Shown: piece after piece, positions 48,870 through 59,837 of the stretch
Position numbering within the stretch: the first letter of the stretch is position 1
Layout of the letters: every line of letters starts with the position of its first letter
Assembly (NCBI GenBank): GCA_963816185.1
Contig: CAWFJJ010000029.1
Coordinates: 256,001 to 320,000 of the forward strand
Reading direction: 5' to 3'
Length of the DNA stretch: 64,000 nucleotides
From: Thermoanaerobaculia bacterium
GTDB lineage: Bacteria > Acidobacteriota > Thermoanaerobaculia > UBA5066
Program-made: the position numbers and the translations under genes
Notes under the pieces: generated by a model
Seen by the model: the letters and a program-made list of their open reading frames with translations, nothing else
The model's database searches: none
What the model was told of the DNA's origin: nothing

Positions 48870-50444
48870 CTAGTTCCAGTGCTTGAAGTCCGGGGTCCAG
48901 TACTCCGCAAGCGTGTGGCGGAGGCCGCGGCACATGTAGATCGGGCGGTTCTCCTCGGCCATCCCCCAGGGGTGGAAGTGCTCCCCGGCCTTCTCGACCG
49001 ACCGGCAGTGATCCTCCACGCGCCGCCGGCCCCATTGCAGCCAGATGAGGTTCTCGGGCTCCCGCTTCGGCGGTCCCCAGAAATAGTGGTTCTGGTGCGC
49101 GCAGATCGGCGGCGGCAGTCCGTAGGCGGGTCCGAAAAGGTTCAGCGCGCCGGCCTCCCCGTAGTTGCTCGCGAAGATGCCGGTCTTCGCGCGTTCTTCC
49201 GGCGGCAGCGAGCGATAGATCCGGGCCACGTCCGCAACCAGCTCCTCCCAGCCGAACTGGTCTCCGAGGCGCTGCTCCAGGGGCCCGTCGTGCTCGACCT
49301 CGGTCTTCGGCGGTGCGATCCCGAGCCGCCTCTGGTAGGCGAGCAGCTTCTCGGGAGGCAAGAACGGCAGGATCGCGGGAATCAAGATCGCGCCCGCGGC
49401 GAGGACGTACGCCGCGAGGGCAACCTTCGGCCAGAGTCTCTCGCGGCTCCATGCCCGGCGCGTCAGCCAGTCTTCCACCGCCACGGCTCCGGCGGCGAAG
49501 AGCATCGGATAGATGGGGGCCAGGTAGTAGTTCTTCGCCTTGAGGACGATCATCATTCCCAAGAGCAGCACATAGGTCCAGCCGAGGACGCGCAGCCGTG
49601 ACCCTCGCCCGAAAAGGAAAGAGGCAAGCCCAGCGAACCAGATTGGAAACAGGGCGGGGTGAAGCAGGAAGATCTGCTGGCCCACGAACTCCAGCGGACT
49701 CAAGACGACGTTCTTGCCCGTTCGGCGGACATTCTCGAGATCCTCGAGGGTGGGGTAACCGTGCCGGACTTGCCAAATGAGGTTGGGAAGGAAGATCAGG
49801 AGTGCGATGCCTCCGCCTATCCAGATCCAGGGCTTGCGGAGCTCCCGGCGCTGAGGGCTGAGGAGCAACGCGGCCGCGACGGCGGCGCCGAAGAGCAGCG
49901 TCGAGTGCTTGTTCTCGAGACCGAACCCCGCAAGCACGCCGAACCACATCCAGAGCCGCGAGTCGCCCGTGCGCACGATGCGGATCAGGAAGAAGACGCA
50001 CCCCATCCAGAACAGGGCCTCGAAGCCGTTCATCGTGAGGATGCTGTCCATGCCGAGGTACATGGGCGCGGCGAGCGCGCAGATTCCCGCGAGCGCCTGG
50101 GAAAAGCGGCCGCCCCCGAGCTCGCGCGCGAGGAGCATCGTGAGCACCACGCGCGCCGCCCCGGCGAGCGCCGCGAGCGAACGCAGAACGGGCAAGGAGC
50201 CGCCGAGGAGGAGGGCGACCTTCGCGTAGAGGGCGATCAAGGGCGCGCAGTCCACGTAGCCCCAGTCGAGGTGGCGGCCGCAGTCGAGGAAATAGAGCTC
50301 GTCCCGGAAGTAGCCATATCGGCCGGCCGTCACGAGGTGGACGAGAAGTTTCGCCCCGGCCAGGACCGCCACGACGCGAAGATCGAGCGGCCCGATATGC
50401 CACCGTTCGTCGGTGCGAGTCTCGGGCCCGGTCTTCTGCGGCAT
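48870..50444 (-). CDS. GT39/ArnT-like membrane glycosyltransferase
   Basis: YFRDELYF...LDWGYVD, ENK, NYGEAGA; many TM. Confidence 0.88.
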   Translation of the reverse strand: MPQKTGPETRTDERWHIGPLDLRVVAVLAGAKLLVHLVTAGRYGYFRDELYFLDCGRHLDWGYVDCAPLIALYAKVALLLGGSLPVLRSLAALAGAARVVLTMLLARELGGGRFSQALAGICALAAPMYLGMDSILTMNGFEALFWMGCVFFLIRIVRTGDSRLWMWFGVLAGFGLENKHSTLLFGAAVAAALLLSPQRRELRKPWIWIGGGIALLIFLPNLIWQVRHGYPTLEDLENVRRTGKNVVLSPLEFVGQQIFLLHPALFPIWFAGLASFLFGRGSRLRVLGWTYVLLLGMMIVLKAKNYYLAPIYPMLFAAGAVAVEDWLTRRAWSRERLWPKVALAAYVLAAGAILIPAILPFLPPEKLLAYQRRLGIAPPKTEVEHDGPLEQRLGDQFGWEELVADVARIYRSLPPEERAKTGIFASNYGEAGALNLFGPAYGLPPPICAHQNHYFWGPPKREPENLIWLQWGRRRVEDHCRSVEKAGEHFHPWGMAEENRPIYMCRGLRHTLAEYWTPDFKHWN

Positions 50445-50590
50445 GCCGAACGAGGTACGCGGCGCGGTGTTCCCTGGTTGCGCCGGCGGACCAGAGGGAC
50501 CCGACCCGCCAAAATACTTGCCGTTGAGGCGGTTGCATCATGTCTGGCAAACGCTGACGAGACTCTAATTCAGGAAACTGAAAGGTCCGG

Positions 50591-53500
50591 ATGGAGCGCG
50601 TAATGGGGATTCGCGACGTCGGGTTCTCGGCGGCCGAAGCCGCGCTCGGGAAGGCTTTCGCCGAAGTCGCGCCGAACGCGCCCTTCGTGATCTACCAGTT
50701 CCGGGCCCGCCCGGACGGCACGTTCCATTTCCCGGTCGTTTCCTCCGGTTTCCAGGACCTCTTCGGCGTCACTCCTGGCGAAGTCGCGGAGAGTTGGAAG
50801 CCGGCCTTCTCACGCGTGCACCCGGAAGACCAGAAGACGCTCGCCGACGGGATTCTCGAGGCAAGCCGGACGCTCGTGCCGTGGCACGGGGAGTTTCGCG
50901 TGAGGAGCCCGCGCGGCGAGGTCTGGGTCGAGGGGCGCAGCACCGGTCGCCGCGAGCCCGACGGCAGCACGCTATGGTTCGGCGTCCTCTTCGACATCAC
51001 CGAGCGCAAGCGCATCGAGAAAGCCCTTCGCGAGCGCGAGGAGCAGCTCCACGCCATCTTCGATGTTGCGCCCGTGGGGATCGCGCAGGCGGACCCAACG
51101 ACGGGGCGCTGGGTGGCCGTGAACCCGAGAATGTGCGCCATCACGGGCTACTCGGAGACCGAGCTGCTCACGATGCGGGTCCCCGAGATCACGTATCCGG
51201 AGGATCGGGAGCGCGACTGGGCGCTTTTCCAGAACGTCGTGAAGGGCGAGGCGCCCGAATACCGGCTCGAGAAGCGCTACATCCGGAAGGACGGGTCCAT
51301 CGCGTGGGTGAACGTGAACATGGTCGTTCTCCGCGATGCGAACAGACGTCCGACGCGGACCCTCGGCCTGATCGAGGACATCACCGAGCGAAAGAGAGGC
51401 GAGGAAGCGTTGCGGGCCAGCGAGCAGCGGTTCCGCGCCATGTTCGACGTCGTGCCCGTGGGTGTCGCTCTGGCTGATCCCGCGACCGGGCGGTTGCTGG
51501 CCGTGAATCCGAGGATGTCTCTCATCACGGGTTATTCGGCCGAGGAGCTCCTGGGAATGAGCGTCGCCGAGATCACGCATCCCGAGGACCTGGAGCAGGA
51601 CCGAAAAATGTTCCAGGGCATCGTCAGGGACGAGGCGCACGAGTATCGGATCGAGAAGCGCTACGTGCGCAAGGACGGCGACGTTGCGTGGGTGAACGCG
51701 AACATCGTCGTCCTTCCTGACGCAGCCGGGCGGCCGACGCGAACCCTCGCGACCATCGAGGACATCACGGAACGCAAGAAGGCCGAGGCAAACATCGGCA
51801 AACTCAACGCCGAGCTCGAGGACGCGCTCCAATGGCAGCGGCAGATCTTCGAAGGGTCGCGGGACGCCGTGTTCCTGAGCGACGAGGAGGGACGGTTCGT
51901 CGCCGTCAACGAAGCGGCGACGGAGTTGACTGGTTTTTCCCGCGAGGAGCTGCTTTCGATGACGATTCCCGACCTCCACGACGATCCCGACCTCGCGGCG
52001 TACAACGCGTTCCATCGCCGCATCCTGGATGGCGAGCGGATCCTGTCGGAAGCGCCGATCCGAAGGAGGAACGGCAGCAAAGTGGCGGTCGAGTTCAACA
52101 ACAGCCTCGTCGTCATAGGCGGCAAGCGATTCATGCACACGGCGAGCCGGGACGTCACGGAGCGCAGGAGAGCCGCCGAGGCCCTCGTCGCCTCGGAATC
52201 CCGGTACCGCGTCCTCTTCGAGAACGCGGCCGAGGGGATCGTCGCGATCGACCCGGAGACCGGCCGGTTCCAGTTCTTCAATCCGTCGGTGTGTGCCATG
52301 TTCGGATACACGCCCGAGGAGTTCGGGGAGCTGACCCTTTCAGACCTTCATCCGAGAGACGCGCTCGCGCAGGCCCTCAAGGAGATCCGGGCGGCGGTCC
52401 GCGGCTTCAGGCCGAAGATGGCATCCGGAATCCCGTGCCTCAGGAAGGACGGAACGACGTTTCTCGCGGACGTCCACGGAAGCGTCGTCACTCTCGCCGG
52501 CCGAAGAGTCGCATTCGGGTTCTTCACGGACATGACGGTGCGCGTGCGGCTCGAGGAGCAGCTGCGACAGGCGCAGAAGATGCAGGCGATCGGCCAGCTC
52601 GCGGGCGGCGTCGCCCACGACTTCAATAACCTCCTGACGGTGATCTCCGGGAACTGCGAGCTGCTCCTTTCGAGCACTTCCGCCGACGACCGGCGACGCG
52701 ACTCTCTGGTGGACATTCGATCCGCGAGCGAGCGGGCCGCCTCGCTGACACGACAGCTCCTCGCGTTCAGCCGCAAGCAGATCCTCGAGCCGAGGCTCGT
52801 GGACGTGCACGAGGTCGTCACGGGAATCGAGAAGATGCTCCGCCGTCTCATCGGCGAGGACGTGGACCTGCAGACCGACCTCGCCGCCGACCCGAGCTGG
52901 GTGAAGGTCGACCCGGGCCAGCTCGAGCAAGTCGTCATGAACCTCGTCGTGAACGCGCGCGATGCGATGCCTCATGGAGGCCGCATCACGATCCGCACGC
53001 GGAACGTCGACCCGGCGGCCACCGTCGACCTCGAAGAGACGGGGGAGCCGGAGAGGCGCCCGCGGGTCGCGATCGCGATCTCGGACAGCGGAAGCGGCAT
53101 CACGCCCGAGGTGAAGGCCCATCTCTTCGAGCCTTTCTTCACGACGAAAGCGGCGGGCAAGGGCACGGGCCTCGGCCTCGCGACGGTCTACGGCGTCGTG
53201 AAGCAGAGCGGAGGCGACGTCGTCGTGGAGAGCGAGCCCGGAAAGGGCGCGACCTTCACGGTCGTCCTCCCGTCGCAGGATTCGCCGCGGCGGACTCGCG
53301 GCGCGAGCGGCACGCACAGGGCGCTTCCGCGTGGGACGGAGACCGTGCTCGTCGTCGAGGACGAGGAGGCCGTCCGGCGCATCGTGAAGATCGCGCTCGA
53401 GTCGACGGGCTATCGTGTGATCGAGGCCCGGAACGGGACCGAGGCGCTCGAGGCGATCCGCACGCACGCCGGCAAGATCCACGCCATGGTGACGGACGTC

Positions 53501-53710
53501 GTGATGCCGGAGATGAGCGGACGCGAGCTCGCGGAGCGGATCGCGAAGGAAGACCACCCCGGCTTGAAAATACTCTACATGAGCGGTTACACGGACGACG
53601 CGGTCGTGCGCCACGGCATCGTCGAGTCGGGCGTCGCGTTTCTCCAGAAGCCGTTCTCGCCTCTCGCCCTCGCGCGCAAGGTGCGCGAGGTGCTCGACGC
53701 CGCCGGCTGA
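50591..53710 (+). CDS. multi-PAS hybrid sensor histidine kinase / response regulator
   Basis: Five PAS/PAC repeats, [26 protein letters not shown]-terminal receiver (VEDE, TDVVMP, KPF). Confidence 0.95.
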   Translation: MERVMGIRDVGFSAAEAALGKAFAEVAPNAPFVIYQFRARPDGTFHFPVVSSGFQDLFGVTPGEVAESWKPAFSRVHPEDQKTLADGILEASRTLVPWHGEFRVRSPRGEVWVEGRSTGRREPDGSTLWFGVLFDITERKRIEKALREREEQLHAIFDVAPVGIAQADPTTGRWVAVNPRMCAITGYSETELLTMRVPEITYPEDRERDWALFQNVVKGEAPEYRLEKRYIRKDGSIAWVNVNMVVLRDANRRPTRTLGLIEDITERKRGEEALRASEQRFRAMFDVVPVGVALADPATGRLLAVNPRMSLITGYSAEELLGMSVAEITHPEDLEQDRKMFQGIVRDEAHEYRIEKRYVRKDGDVAWVNANIVVLPDAAGRPTRTLATIEDITERKKAEANIGKLNAELEDALQWQRQIFEGSRDAVFLSDEEGRFVAVNEAATELTGFSREELLSMTIPDLHDDPDLAAYNAFHRRILDGERILSEAPIRRRNGSKVAVEFNNSLVVIGGKRFMHTASRDVTERRRAAEALVASESRYRVLFENAAEGIVAIDPETGRFQFFNPSVCAMFGYTPEEFGELTLSDLHPRDALAQALKEIRAAVRGFRPKMASGIPCLRKDGTTFLADVHGSVVTLAGRRVAFGFFTDMTVRVRLEEQLRQAQKMQAIGQLAGGVAHDFNNLLTVISGNCELLLSSTSADDRRRDSLVDIRSASERAASLTRQLLAFSRKQILEPRLVDVHEVVTGIEKMLRRLIGEDVDLQTDLAADPSWVKVDPGQLEQVVMNLVVNARDAMPHGGRITIRTRNVDPAATVDLEETGEPERRPRVAIAISDSGSGITPEVKAHLFEPFFTTKAAGKGTGLGLATVYGVVKQSGGDVVVESEPGKGATFTVVLPSQDSPRRTRGASGTHRALPRGTETVLVVEDEEAVRRIVKIALESTGYRVIEARNGTEALEAIRTHAGKIHAMVTDVVMPEMSGRELAERIAKEDHPGLKILYMSGYTDDAVVRHGIVESGVAFLQKPFSPLALARKVREVLDAAG

Positions 53711-53714
53711 GCGC

Positions 53715-54770
53715 TCAGCTCCCTTTCAGGCTCGCGATGTCGATCACGAAGCGATAGCGCACGTCGCTCTTGAGCATCCTTTCGTACGCCTCGTTGATCT
53801 TCTGGATCGGGATCATCTCGACGTCCGAGACGATCTTCTTCGACGCGCAGTAGTCCAGCATCTCCTGGGTCTCGGCGATGCCGCCGATCATGGATCCGGC
53901 GAGCGTCTTGCTGCCGTAGATGAGCGACATCATGGCGACGGAGGCCGGCTTCGGCGGGACGCCGAGGCAGACCATCGCCCCCTCCGGCTTGAGAAGGCCG
54001 AGATGCGTGTTGAGGTCGTGCTCGACCGAGATCGTGTCGATCAGGAGATCGAACCGCCCCGCCAGCTTCTTGAGGTTCTCGGGGTCTTTCGTGAGCTCGA
54101 AGGCGTGGGCGCCGAGCCTGCGCGCGTCCGCCTCCTTGGCGCGCGAGGTGCTGAGCATCGTGACCTCCGCCCCCATCGACGCGGCCAGCTTCACGGCCAT
54201 GTGGCCCAGCCCTCCGAGGCCCACGACGCCCACGCGCTGGTCGGGCGCGCATTTCCAGCGTTTGAGAGGCGAATACGTGGTGATCCCCGCACAGAGGAGC
54301 GGGGCCGCCGCCGCGAGCTCGAGGCCGGGCGGAACCTTCAGCGTGTACCGCTCGGCGACGACGATCTCGGTCGAGTAGCCGCCATACGTCGGCGTCTTGC
54401 GGTCCATCTCGGTGCCGTTGTACGTGAAGGCCGCCCCTTTCAGGCAGAACTGCTCGAGGTGGCGCAGGCACGGCTCGCATGCGTGGCACGAATCGACGAA
54501 ACAGCCGACGCCGGCCAGGTCTCCCACGGCGAACTTCGAGACGTCGGCGCCGACCTTCGTCACCTTCCCGACGATCTCGTGGCCCGGCACCATCGGGAAG
54601 ACGGCGCCGCTCCACTCGTCGCGGACCTGGTGGACGTCGGAGTGGCAGACGCCGCAGTAGAGGATGTCGATCTGGACGTCGCGCGGCCCCGGCTCGCGAC
54701 GCGTGATCGGGTGCGGAACGAGCGGGGCCTTCGCGGAGGGGGCGGCCCAGGCGGGGATGGGAGCGGTCAT
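53715..54770 (-). CDS. NADP-dependent Zn alcohol dehydrogenase (cinnamyl ADH family)
   Basis: GVCHSD, GHEIVG, CAGITTY, GLGGLGH, RYRFVID. Confidence 0.93.
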   Translation of the reverse strand: MTAPIPAWAAPSAKAPLVPHPITRREPGPRDVQIDILYCGVCHSDVHQVRDEWSGAVFPMVPGHEIVGKVTKVGADVSKFAVGDLAGVGCFVDSCHACEPCLRHLEQFCLKGAAFTYNGTEMDRKTPTYGGYSTEIVVAERYTLKVPPGLELAAAAPLLCAGITTYSPLKRWKCAPDQRVGVVGLGGLGHMAVKLAASMGAEVTMLSTSRAKEADARRLGAHAFELTKDPENLKKLAGRFDLLIDTISVEHDLNTHLGLLKPEGAMVCLGVPPKPASVAMMSLIYGSKTLAGSMIGGIAETQEMLDYCASKKIVSDVEMIPIQKINEAYERMLKSDVRYRFVIDIASLKGS

Positions 54771-54871
54771 GGTGGAGTCCTCCTCGTGAGCGTGACTTTC
54801 CTCGGCCACGGCAATCCTACATTCGGCTGCACGGGTGCGGGACGCCCGCCGCCCGCCTGTAGACTGAAGAG

Positions 54872-55504
54872 GTGGGCTCCTCCGAAGGCGCCGTGACGGA
54901 CCTCGCTTCGCTCCTCGGCTCGATCGACATCTACCTCTTCGATCAGATCTTGCGCGGGCGGGTCCCGGCGGGAAGCGACGTATTCGATGCGGGCTGCGGC
55001 CCGGGAAGAAACCTCGTGTACTTCCTGCGCGAGGGCTACGACGTCCGAGCGCTCGACCCCGACGCCGACGCGATCGGCGCTGTGCGCCAGCTCGCCCGAT
55101 CTCTCGCGCCGCGCCTCGACCCCTCGAATTTTCGGGCGGAGCCGGTCGAGACGAACAGCTTTCCGGACTCCTCGGCGGACTTCGTCATCTCGAGCGCCGT
55201 CCTGCACTTCGCCCGGAACCGCGCGCACTTTCGGGCGATGCTCGAAGGCACGTGGCGCCTCGTGAGGAGCGGCGGCGTCCTCTTTTGCCGCCTTGCCTCG
55301 ACGATCGGAATGGAAGGCCGCTTCACACTGCTTGGGAACGGCCGGTTCCGGCTTCCGGACGGCACCGAGCGCTTCGTCGTCGACGAAAAGACCCTGATGG
55401 CCCTCACGGGCGAGCTCTCAGGCGAGCTGATCGACCCGCTGAAGACGACCGTCGTCCAGGATCGCCGCTGCATGACCACGTGGGTCATGAGGCGGGTGGA
55501 CTGA
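54872..55504 (+). CDS. class I SAM-dependent methyltransferase
   Basis: IDIYLFDQ, DAGCGPGRN, SAVLHFA; TAGACT -10 lies 6 nt before the GTG. Confidence 0.88.
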   Translation: MGSSEGAVTDLASLLGSIDIYLFDQILRGRVPAGSDVFDAGCGPGRNLVYFLREGYDVRALDPDADAIGAVRQLARSLAPRLDPSNFRAEPVETNSFPDSSADFVISSAVLHFARNRAHFRAMLEGTWRLVRSGGVLFCRLASTIGMEGRFTLLGNGRFRLPDGTERFVVDEKTLMALTGELSGELIDPLKTTVVQDRRCMTTWVMRRVD

Positions 55505-56246
55505 CGGCCGCGATCACGGCGCGGGCGACTTCCTTCCCGTCTTTTTCGCGGGAGAGGAGGACGCGCGTCGCGCCCGAGGCTTCCACGACGCGCGAGAGCA
55601 GGACGTCTCCTTCGAACGCCTCGCCGCGGAAGTCCGCCTCGAACGTGAGCGGAGGGGTGGCTGCCTTCGGCGGCGCCGTCAAGAGAGCGCGCAGGATCGC
55701 CACGTTGTTCGCGTGGTCGTTCAGGTCGAGGTCGTAACGCGTCACGCGAAACGGCGTGCCGGGGGCGCCGATTTCGTCCTCCGGCGCCGCGAGCGGCTCG
55801 AACGGATCCTCGATCAGGCGCGGCGGCGACGACTTCGCCATCTCGACGAGGTCCGGCGACTGCCGCAGCGGGCGCTTCGTCGCGACGGCGAGGAGGAGCC
55901 AGGCCGACGTCGCACGGGCGAGCTCGGTTCCGTCCGCGGTGGTCACGCGGAATTCGCGCAGGGCCCAGAGGCGGTGGACGCCCGCCGGCCACGTCTCGAC
56001 CGCGATCTCCTCGCGCCAGGCGGGCAGCGCCGCGAGCTTCAGCGTGAGGCGCGACAGGATCCACGTCTGTCCGCGCGCGAGGAGCACGTCCGAGCCCCAG
56101 CCGAGCGCGGTCGCGTGGTTTCCCGCGATTTCCTGGAAGAGGTCGAAGAGGGCGGGGAGGCGCAGGCGAGCGTCCGGGCCCATCTCGCTCGCGCGGATGC
56201 GGAAGCGCTCGCGGAAGGTCGAAGGCCTGGACGCAGCGCCGCTCAT
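55485..56246 (-). CDS. acyl-ACP thioesterase family protein
   Basis: FQEIAGNHA...G, ETWP, ATSAW, YDLDLNDHANN; ATGA overlap with the DAHP synthase gene. Confidence 0.85.
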   Translation of the reverse strand: MSGAASRPSTFRERFRIRASEMGPDARLRLPALFDLFQEIAGNHATALGWGSDVLLARGQTWILSRLTLKLAALPAWREEIAVETWPAGVHRLWALREFRVTTADGTELARATSAWLLLAVATKRPLRQSPDLVEMAKSSPPRLIEDPFEPLAAPEDEIGAPGTPFRVTRYDLDLNDHANNVAILRALLTAPPKAATPPLTFEADFRGEAFEGDVLLSRVVEASGATRVLLSREKDGKEVARAVIAAVSPPAS

Positions 56247-57364
56247 CCGCCCGCCGCGTGCTTTTGCGCGAGCGCGCGGCGCTTCTCCCAGGTCTCGCGC
56301 GCGAGGGCGACGTCCTCGAGGAACCAGCCGAGCTCCGAAAGGAGCAGCGCCTGCGGGCCGTCCACGAGCGCTTTCGCGGGGTTCGGGTGGAAGTCGACGA
56401 GGACCATGTTCGCGCCCGCGACGACGCCCTGCGCCGTCACGTGCATGAGATCGAGGATGCCGTCCGGCGCGCGGTCGCGCGAGCCGACCGAGTGCGACGG
56501 GTCGATGCAGACGGGGAGGCGCGTGAGGCGCTTCACGACGGGAACGAGCGCGAAGTCCACGAGGTTGCGGTGCGGGTCGCCGAGGTTCGTCTTGACGCCG
56601 CGCAGGGCGAACACGATCTGCGACTTGCCCTCGCTCGCGAGGTACTCGGCGGCGTTGAGCGACTCGTTGAGCGTGATGCCGAAGCCGCGCTTGACGAGGA
56701 CGGGGAACTCCGGCTGCCGGCCGACCGCCTTCAGCAGCTCGAAGTTCTGGATGTTGCGCGTGCCGATCTGGAGCATGACGCCCGTGGGCTTGCCCGTCTT
56801 CTCCAGGCACTCGGCGATCTCGTCTACGTGGCTCTCGTGCGTCACCTCCATCGCGATGACGCGGATGCCGTGCCGACCCGCGCGCGTGAAGACCTCGGGA
56901 AGGCAATTCTTTCCGTGCCCCTGGAACGAGTAGGGATTCGTGCGCGGCTTGTACGCGCCCATGCGCGTGGTCGTCTGGTGGAACTTCTCGAGCTCTTTGA
57001 ACATCGCCTCGACGTTCTCGTCCGTGTCCACGGCGCAAAGCCCCGCGAAGACGTTCAGGTTGTCCTGCGAGAAGTCGACGCCGTTGTACGTGAAGCCGCT
57101 CGCGCGCCGGTCGTCCTTGTGGCGTCCGAGGACGCGGTATTCCTCCGACACGCGCACGACGCGCTCCACGCCTGGGAGCGTCCGGATGTCCTCGAGGGAG
57201 AGGCGATGCGTGTCGCCGATGAGGTAGACCTCTGTGACGGTTTTCAGGGCGCCTTTCACCCGGTGGACCTTGACTTCGATGTCGGGCAGGGCACGCAGGG
57301 TGTCGAGAAGCTCACGCTCCCTGGCGGGGTTCGCCGCGAGGGCGGGGTCGAGGAGGACGATCAC
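56243..57364 (-). CDS. 3-deoxy-7-phosphoheptulonate (DAHP) synthase, type I-beta with N-terminal regulatory domain
   Basis: AGLCAVD, YKPRTNPYSFQG, QIGTRN, KRG, DPSH; GTG start overlapping the pheA stop. Confidence 0.9.
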   Translation of the reverse strand: MIVLLDPALAANPARERELLDTLRALPDIEVKVHRVKGALKTVTEVYLIGDTHRLSLEDIRTLPGVERVVRVSEEYRVLGRHKDDRRASGFTYNGVDFSQDNLNVFAGLCAVDTDENVEAMFKELEKFHQTTTRMGAYKPRTNPYSFQGHGKNCLPEVFTRAGRHGIRVIAMEVTHESHVDEIAECLEKTGKPTGVMLQIGTRNIQNFELLKAVGRQPEFPVLVKRGFGITLNESLNAAEYLASEGKSQIVFALRGVKTNLGDPHRNLVDFALVPVVKRLTRLPVCIDPSHSVGSRDRAPDGILDLMHVTAQGVVAGANMVLVDFHPNPAKALVDGPQALLLSELGWFLEDVALARETWEKRRALAQKHAAGG

Positions 57365-58551
57365 GGCGCGCCCTGGGGGAGGCGGTCGACACGTCCTTTC
57401 TTCGTCGTGCGGGCCGGGTACGAGCCGAGCACTTTGAGGTACGGGCACTCGGCCGAGAGCGCGGCGACCGCCCGCGCCGCGGCATCCTCGGTCTCGGCGC
57501 CTTCGAAGTCGACGTAGAAGAGGTACTCCCACGGATGGCGCGGGACGGGACGCGACTCGAGCTTCGTGAGGTTGAGGCCGTGCGCGTCGAGCAAATTGAG
57601 GCAGTGCGCGAGGGCGCCGTGGCGGTGCGGCGTCGAGAAGACGAGCGACGTCTTCGTGGGAATGCGCGGATCGGGCGTGATCGCGACGGCGGAGACGACG
57701 ACGAACCGCGTCCAGTTCTCCTCCTGGTCGGCGACGTCGCGCTTGAGGACCTCGAGGGCGTGATGCTGCCCGGCCTCCTCCGAGGCGATCGCGGCGAGCG
57801 TGGGATCTCCCGTCTCCTTGACGTGGCGCGCGGCCTCGGCGGTGTCGATGAACGGCACGGCCGCGACGCCCGGAAGCTCGGAGAGGAAGCGGCTGCACTG
57901 CGCGAGCGCCTGCGGATGCGAGACGACTCGCGTGATTCCGGCCAGCGGGGCTCCGGGAAGAGAAAGCAGGCAGTGGCGCACCTCGAGGATCTCCTCGCCC
58001 ACGATCTTCAGGTCCGTGTGCCGGAGGAGGTCGTACGTCTCGTTGATCGAGCCTGCCGTGGTGTTTTCGATCGGGAGGAAGGCGTAACCCGCCGCGCCCG
58101 ACTCCGCCTCGCGGAGGGCGCGAAAGAACGTCGGGAAGCCGCGGAACTCCATCGCGCCCTCGCGGTCGCCGAAGTACTTTCGCGCGGCGAGGTGGCTGTA
58201 AGCACCCTCGGCGCCCTGAAAGGCCACGCGGCGCGCGTTGCCGAGCGCGCGCTCCTTGACCTCGCGATCCAGAAGCGCCTCCTCCTGCACCTTGACCGAC
58301 ATGGCGATGATCTCCCGGAAGATCTCGGTTGCGCGGAAAGGATCGAGGCCGAGCTCGCGGGCGATCGCCTCCACGCGCGCGAGAAGCCTCGTTTCGCGGT
58401 CGAGGTCGCGGAGGAACGGCGCACCCTTCGCCTTCAGCCGTCCGACTTCGGCGACCTGCGTCAGGCGCGCGGCGAGCGTCTCGAGAAGGCGGCGGTCCGT
58501 CTCGTCTATTCGCGCTCGCAGGGCTTCGAGATCTTCCATCGGAACCGTCAT
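57361..58551 (-). CDS. pheA: chorismate mutase / prephenate dehydratase
   Basis: LRARIDETD, FQGAEGAYS, PIENT, SHPQAL, NWTRF, LTKLESRP; the start may be 58539. Confidence 0.92.
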   Translation of the reverse strand: MTVPMEDLEALRARIDETDRRLLETLAARLTQVAEVGRLKAKGAPFLRDLDRETRLLARVEAIARELGLDPFRATEIFREIIAMSVKVQEEALLDREVKERALGNARRVAFQGAEGAYSHLAARKYFGDREGAMEFRGFPTFFRALREAESGAAGYAFLPIENTTAGSINETYDLLRHTDLKIVGEEILEVRHCLLSLPGAPLAGITRVVSHPQALAQCSRFLSELPGVAAVPFIDTAEAARHVKETGDPTLAAIASEEAGQHHALEVLKRDVADQEENWTRFVVVSAVAITPDPRIPTKTSLVFSTPHRHGALAHCLNLLDAHGLNLTKLESRPVPRHPWEYLFYVDFEGAETEDAAARAVAALSAECPYLKVLGSYPARTTKKGRVDRLPQGAP

Positions 58552-58694
58552 CTTAGCGGGAGGGCTTCTCTCGAGCGGTGAAGGGGATCAGACCGCGCTG
58601 CGGTCTGCGGGCCTGGCAGGCCGGTTCGTGCCCGCGGCCCTCCGTCTCGCGACGGTGCGTGATCGCGGCCCGGCCGCGGATCTATATTCCCGGC

Positions 58695-59837
58695 GTGGAG
58701 GCCGCCCCCCATCGCGGGATTTCCGACCGCGCGAGCTTCGCGCTCGGCGTGTTCGGTGTGTTCACGGCCCTCATCGCGGCGAACGCGCTGCAGGCAGCGA
58801 TCCTCGGCGCGGTGCTTGGCCGGGACTTCCCGGTCGGGCGCTCCATCGGGGTGAACGCCCTGACGTGGTACGCATGGGCGGCGCTGACGCCGGTCATCGC
58901 CGTCCTCGTGAAGAGGTTTCCTTTCGGAAATGGGCGCTGGAAGACGAGCCTCCTCGTCCACCTCGTCGCGAGCATGGTGCTCTTCGCCGCGCAGTTCGGG
59001 ATCTTCAGCCTCGGCAGCCGCGCGCTAAATCTCACGCCGCCGATGTCTGCGCACCGCCTCGCATTGGGGCCGCCGCCGCCGCCGCTCGGCCCTATGCGGG
59101 AGGCGTTCCGCTGGTATTTTTTCCGGGGCGCGGGCACGTATGCCCTCATCGTCGGCGGGCTCGTCCTTCTCGAGTACGTGAGGAAGGACCGCGAGCGGGT
59201 CGCGCTCGAGGGCCAGCTCGCCCTTGCCGAGCTGAAGGCCCTGCGCATGCAGCTCCAGCCGCATTTCCTCTTCAACACGCTGCACGCGATCGGGGTCCTC
59301 ATCCACAGCGACCCGAAGGCCGCGCACCTCATGCTCACGCGCCTCGCGGAGCTGCTGCGCCTCTCGCTCGACACGGCGTCCGAGCCGGAGCTTCCGCTGG
59401 AGGTCGAGCTCGCGTTCGTGGAGAAATACCTCGCCATCCAGAAGGCGCGCTTCGGCGATCGCCTCACCGTGCGGTACGCGCTCGAGCCGGACGCGATGCG
59501 GGGCCTCGTCCCGACGCTCGTCATGCAGCCCCTCGTCGAGAACGCGCTCGAGCACGGCGTCGCGCCCCACGCGCGTCCCGGCGTGATCGAGATCGCGGCC
59601 TCGCGCACCGCCGACGCGCTCACGATCCGCGTGCGCGACAACGGAAACGGCCTTTCGGAACGGGAGGGGCGCATCAAGAGCGGCGTGGGCCTCGCGAACA
59701 CGCGCGGCCGGCTGCGTCAACTTTATGGCGACCGCTCGCGTCTGACCCTCTCGAACGCCGTCGGAGGCGGTCTCGAGGCGATCCTGGAGATGCCGTGGCG
59801 CGAGGCGCCGCTGCCGGCGCCAGCGGGGGGAACATGA
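58695..59837 (+). CDS. LytS/YehU-family sensor histidine kinase
   Basis: N-terminal TMs, QLQPHFLFNTLH, QPLVENALEHG, DNG, GVGLAN; GTG start 6 nt after TATATT. Confidence 0.9.
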   Translation: MEAAPHRGISDRASFALGVFGVFTALIAANALQAAILGAVLGRDFPVGRSIGVNALTWYAWAALTPVIAVLVKRFPFGNGRWKTSLLVHLVASMVLFAAQFGIFSLGSRALNLTPPMSAHRLALGPPPPPLGPMREAFRWYFFRGAGTYALIVGGLVLLEYVRKDRERVALEGQLALAELKALRMQLQPHFLFNTLHAIGVLIHSDPKAAHLMLTRLAELLRLSLDTASEPELPLEVELAFVEKYLAIQKARFGDRLTVRYALEPDAMRGLVPTLVMQPLVENALEHGVAPHARPGVIEIAASRTADALTIRVRDNGNGLSEREGRIKSGVGLANTRGRLRQLYGDRSRLTLSNAVGGGLEAILEMPWREAPLPAPAGGT

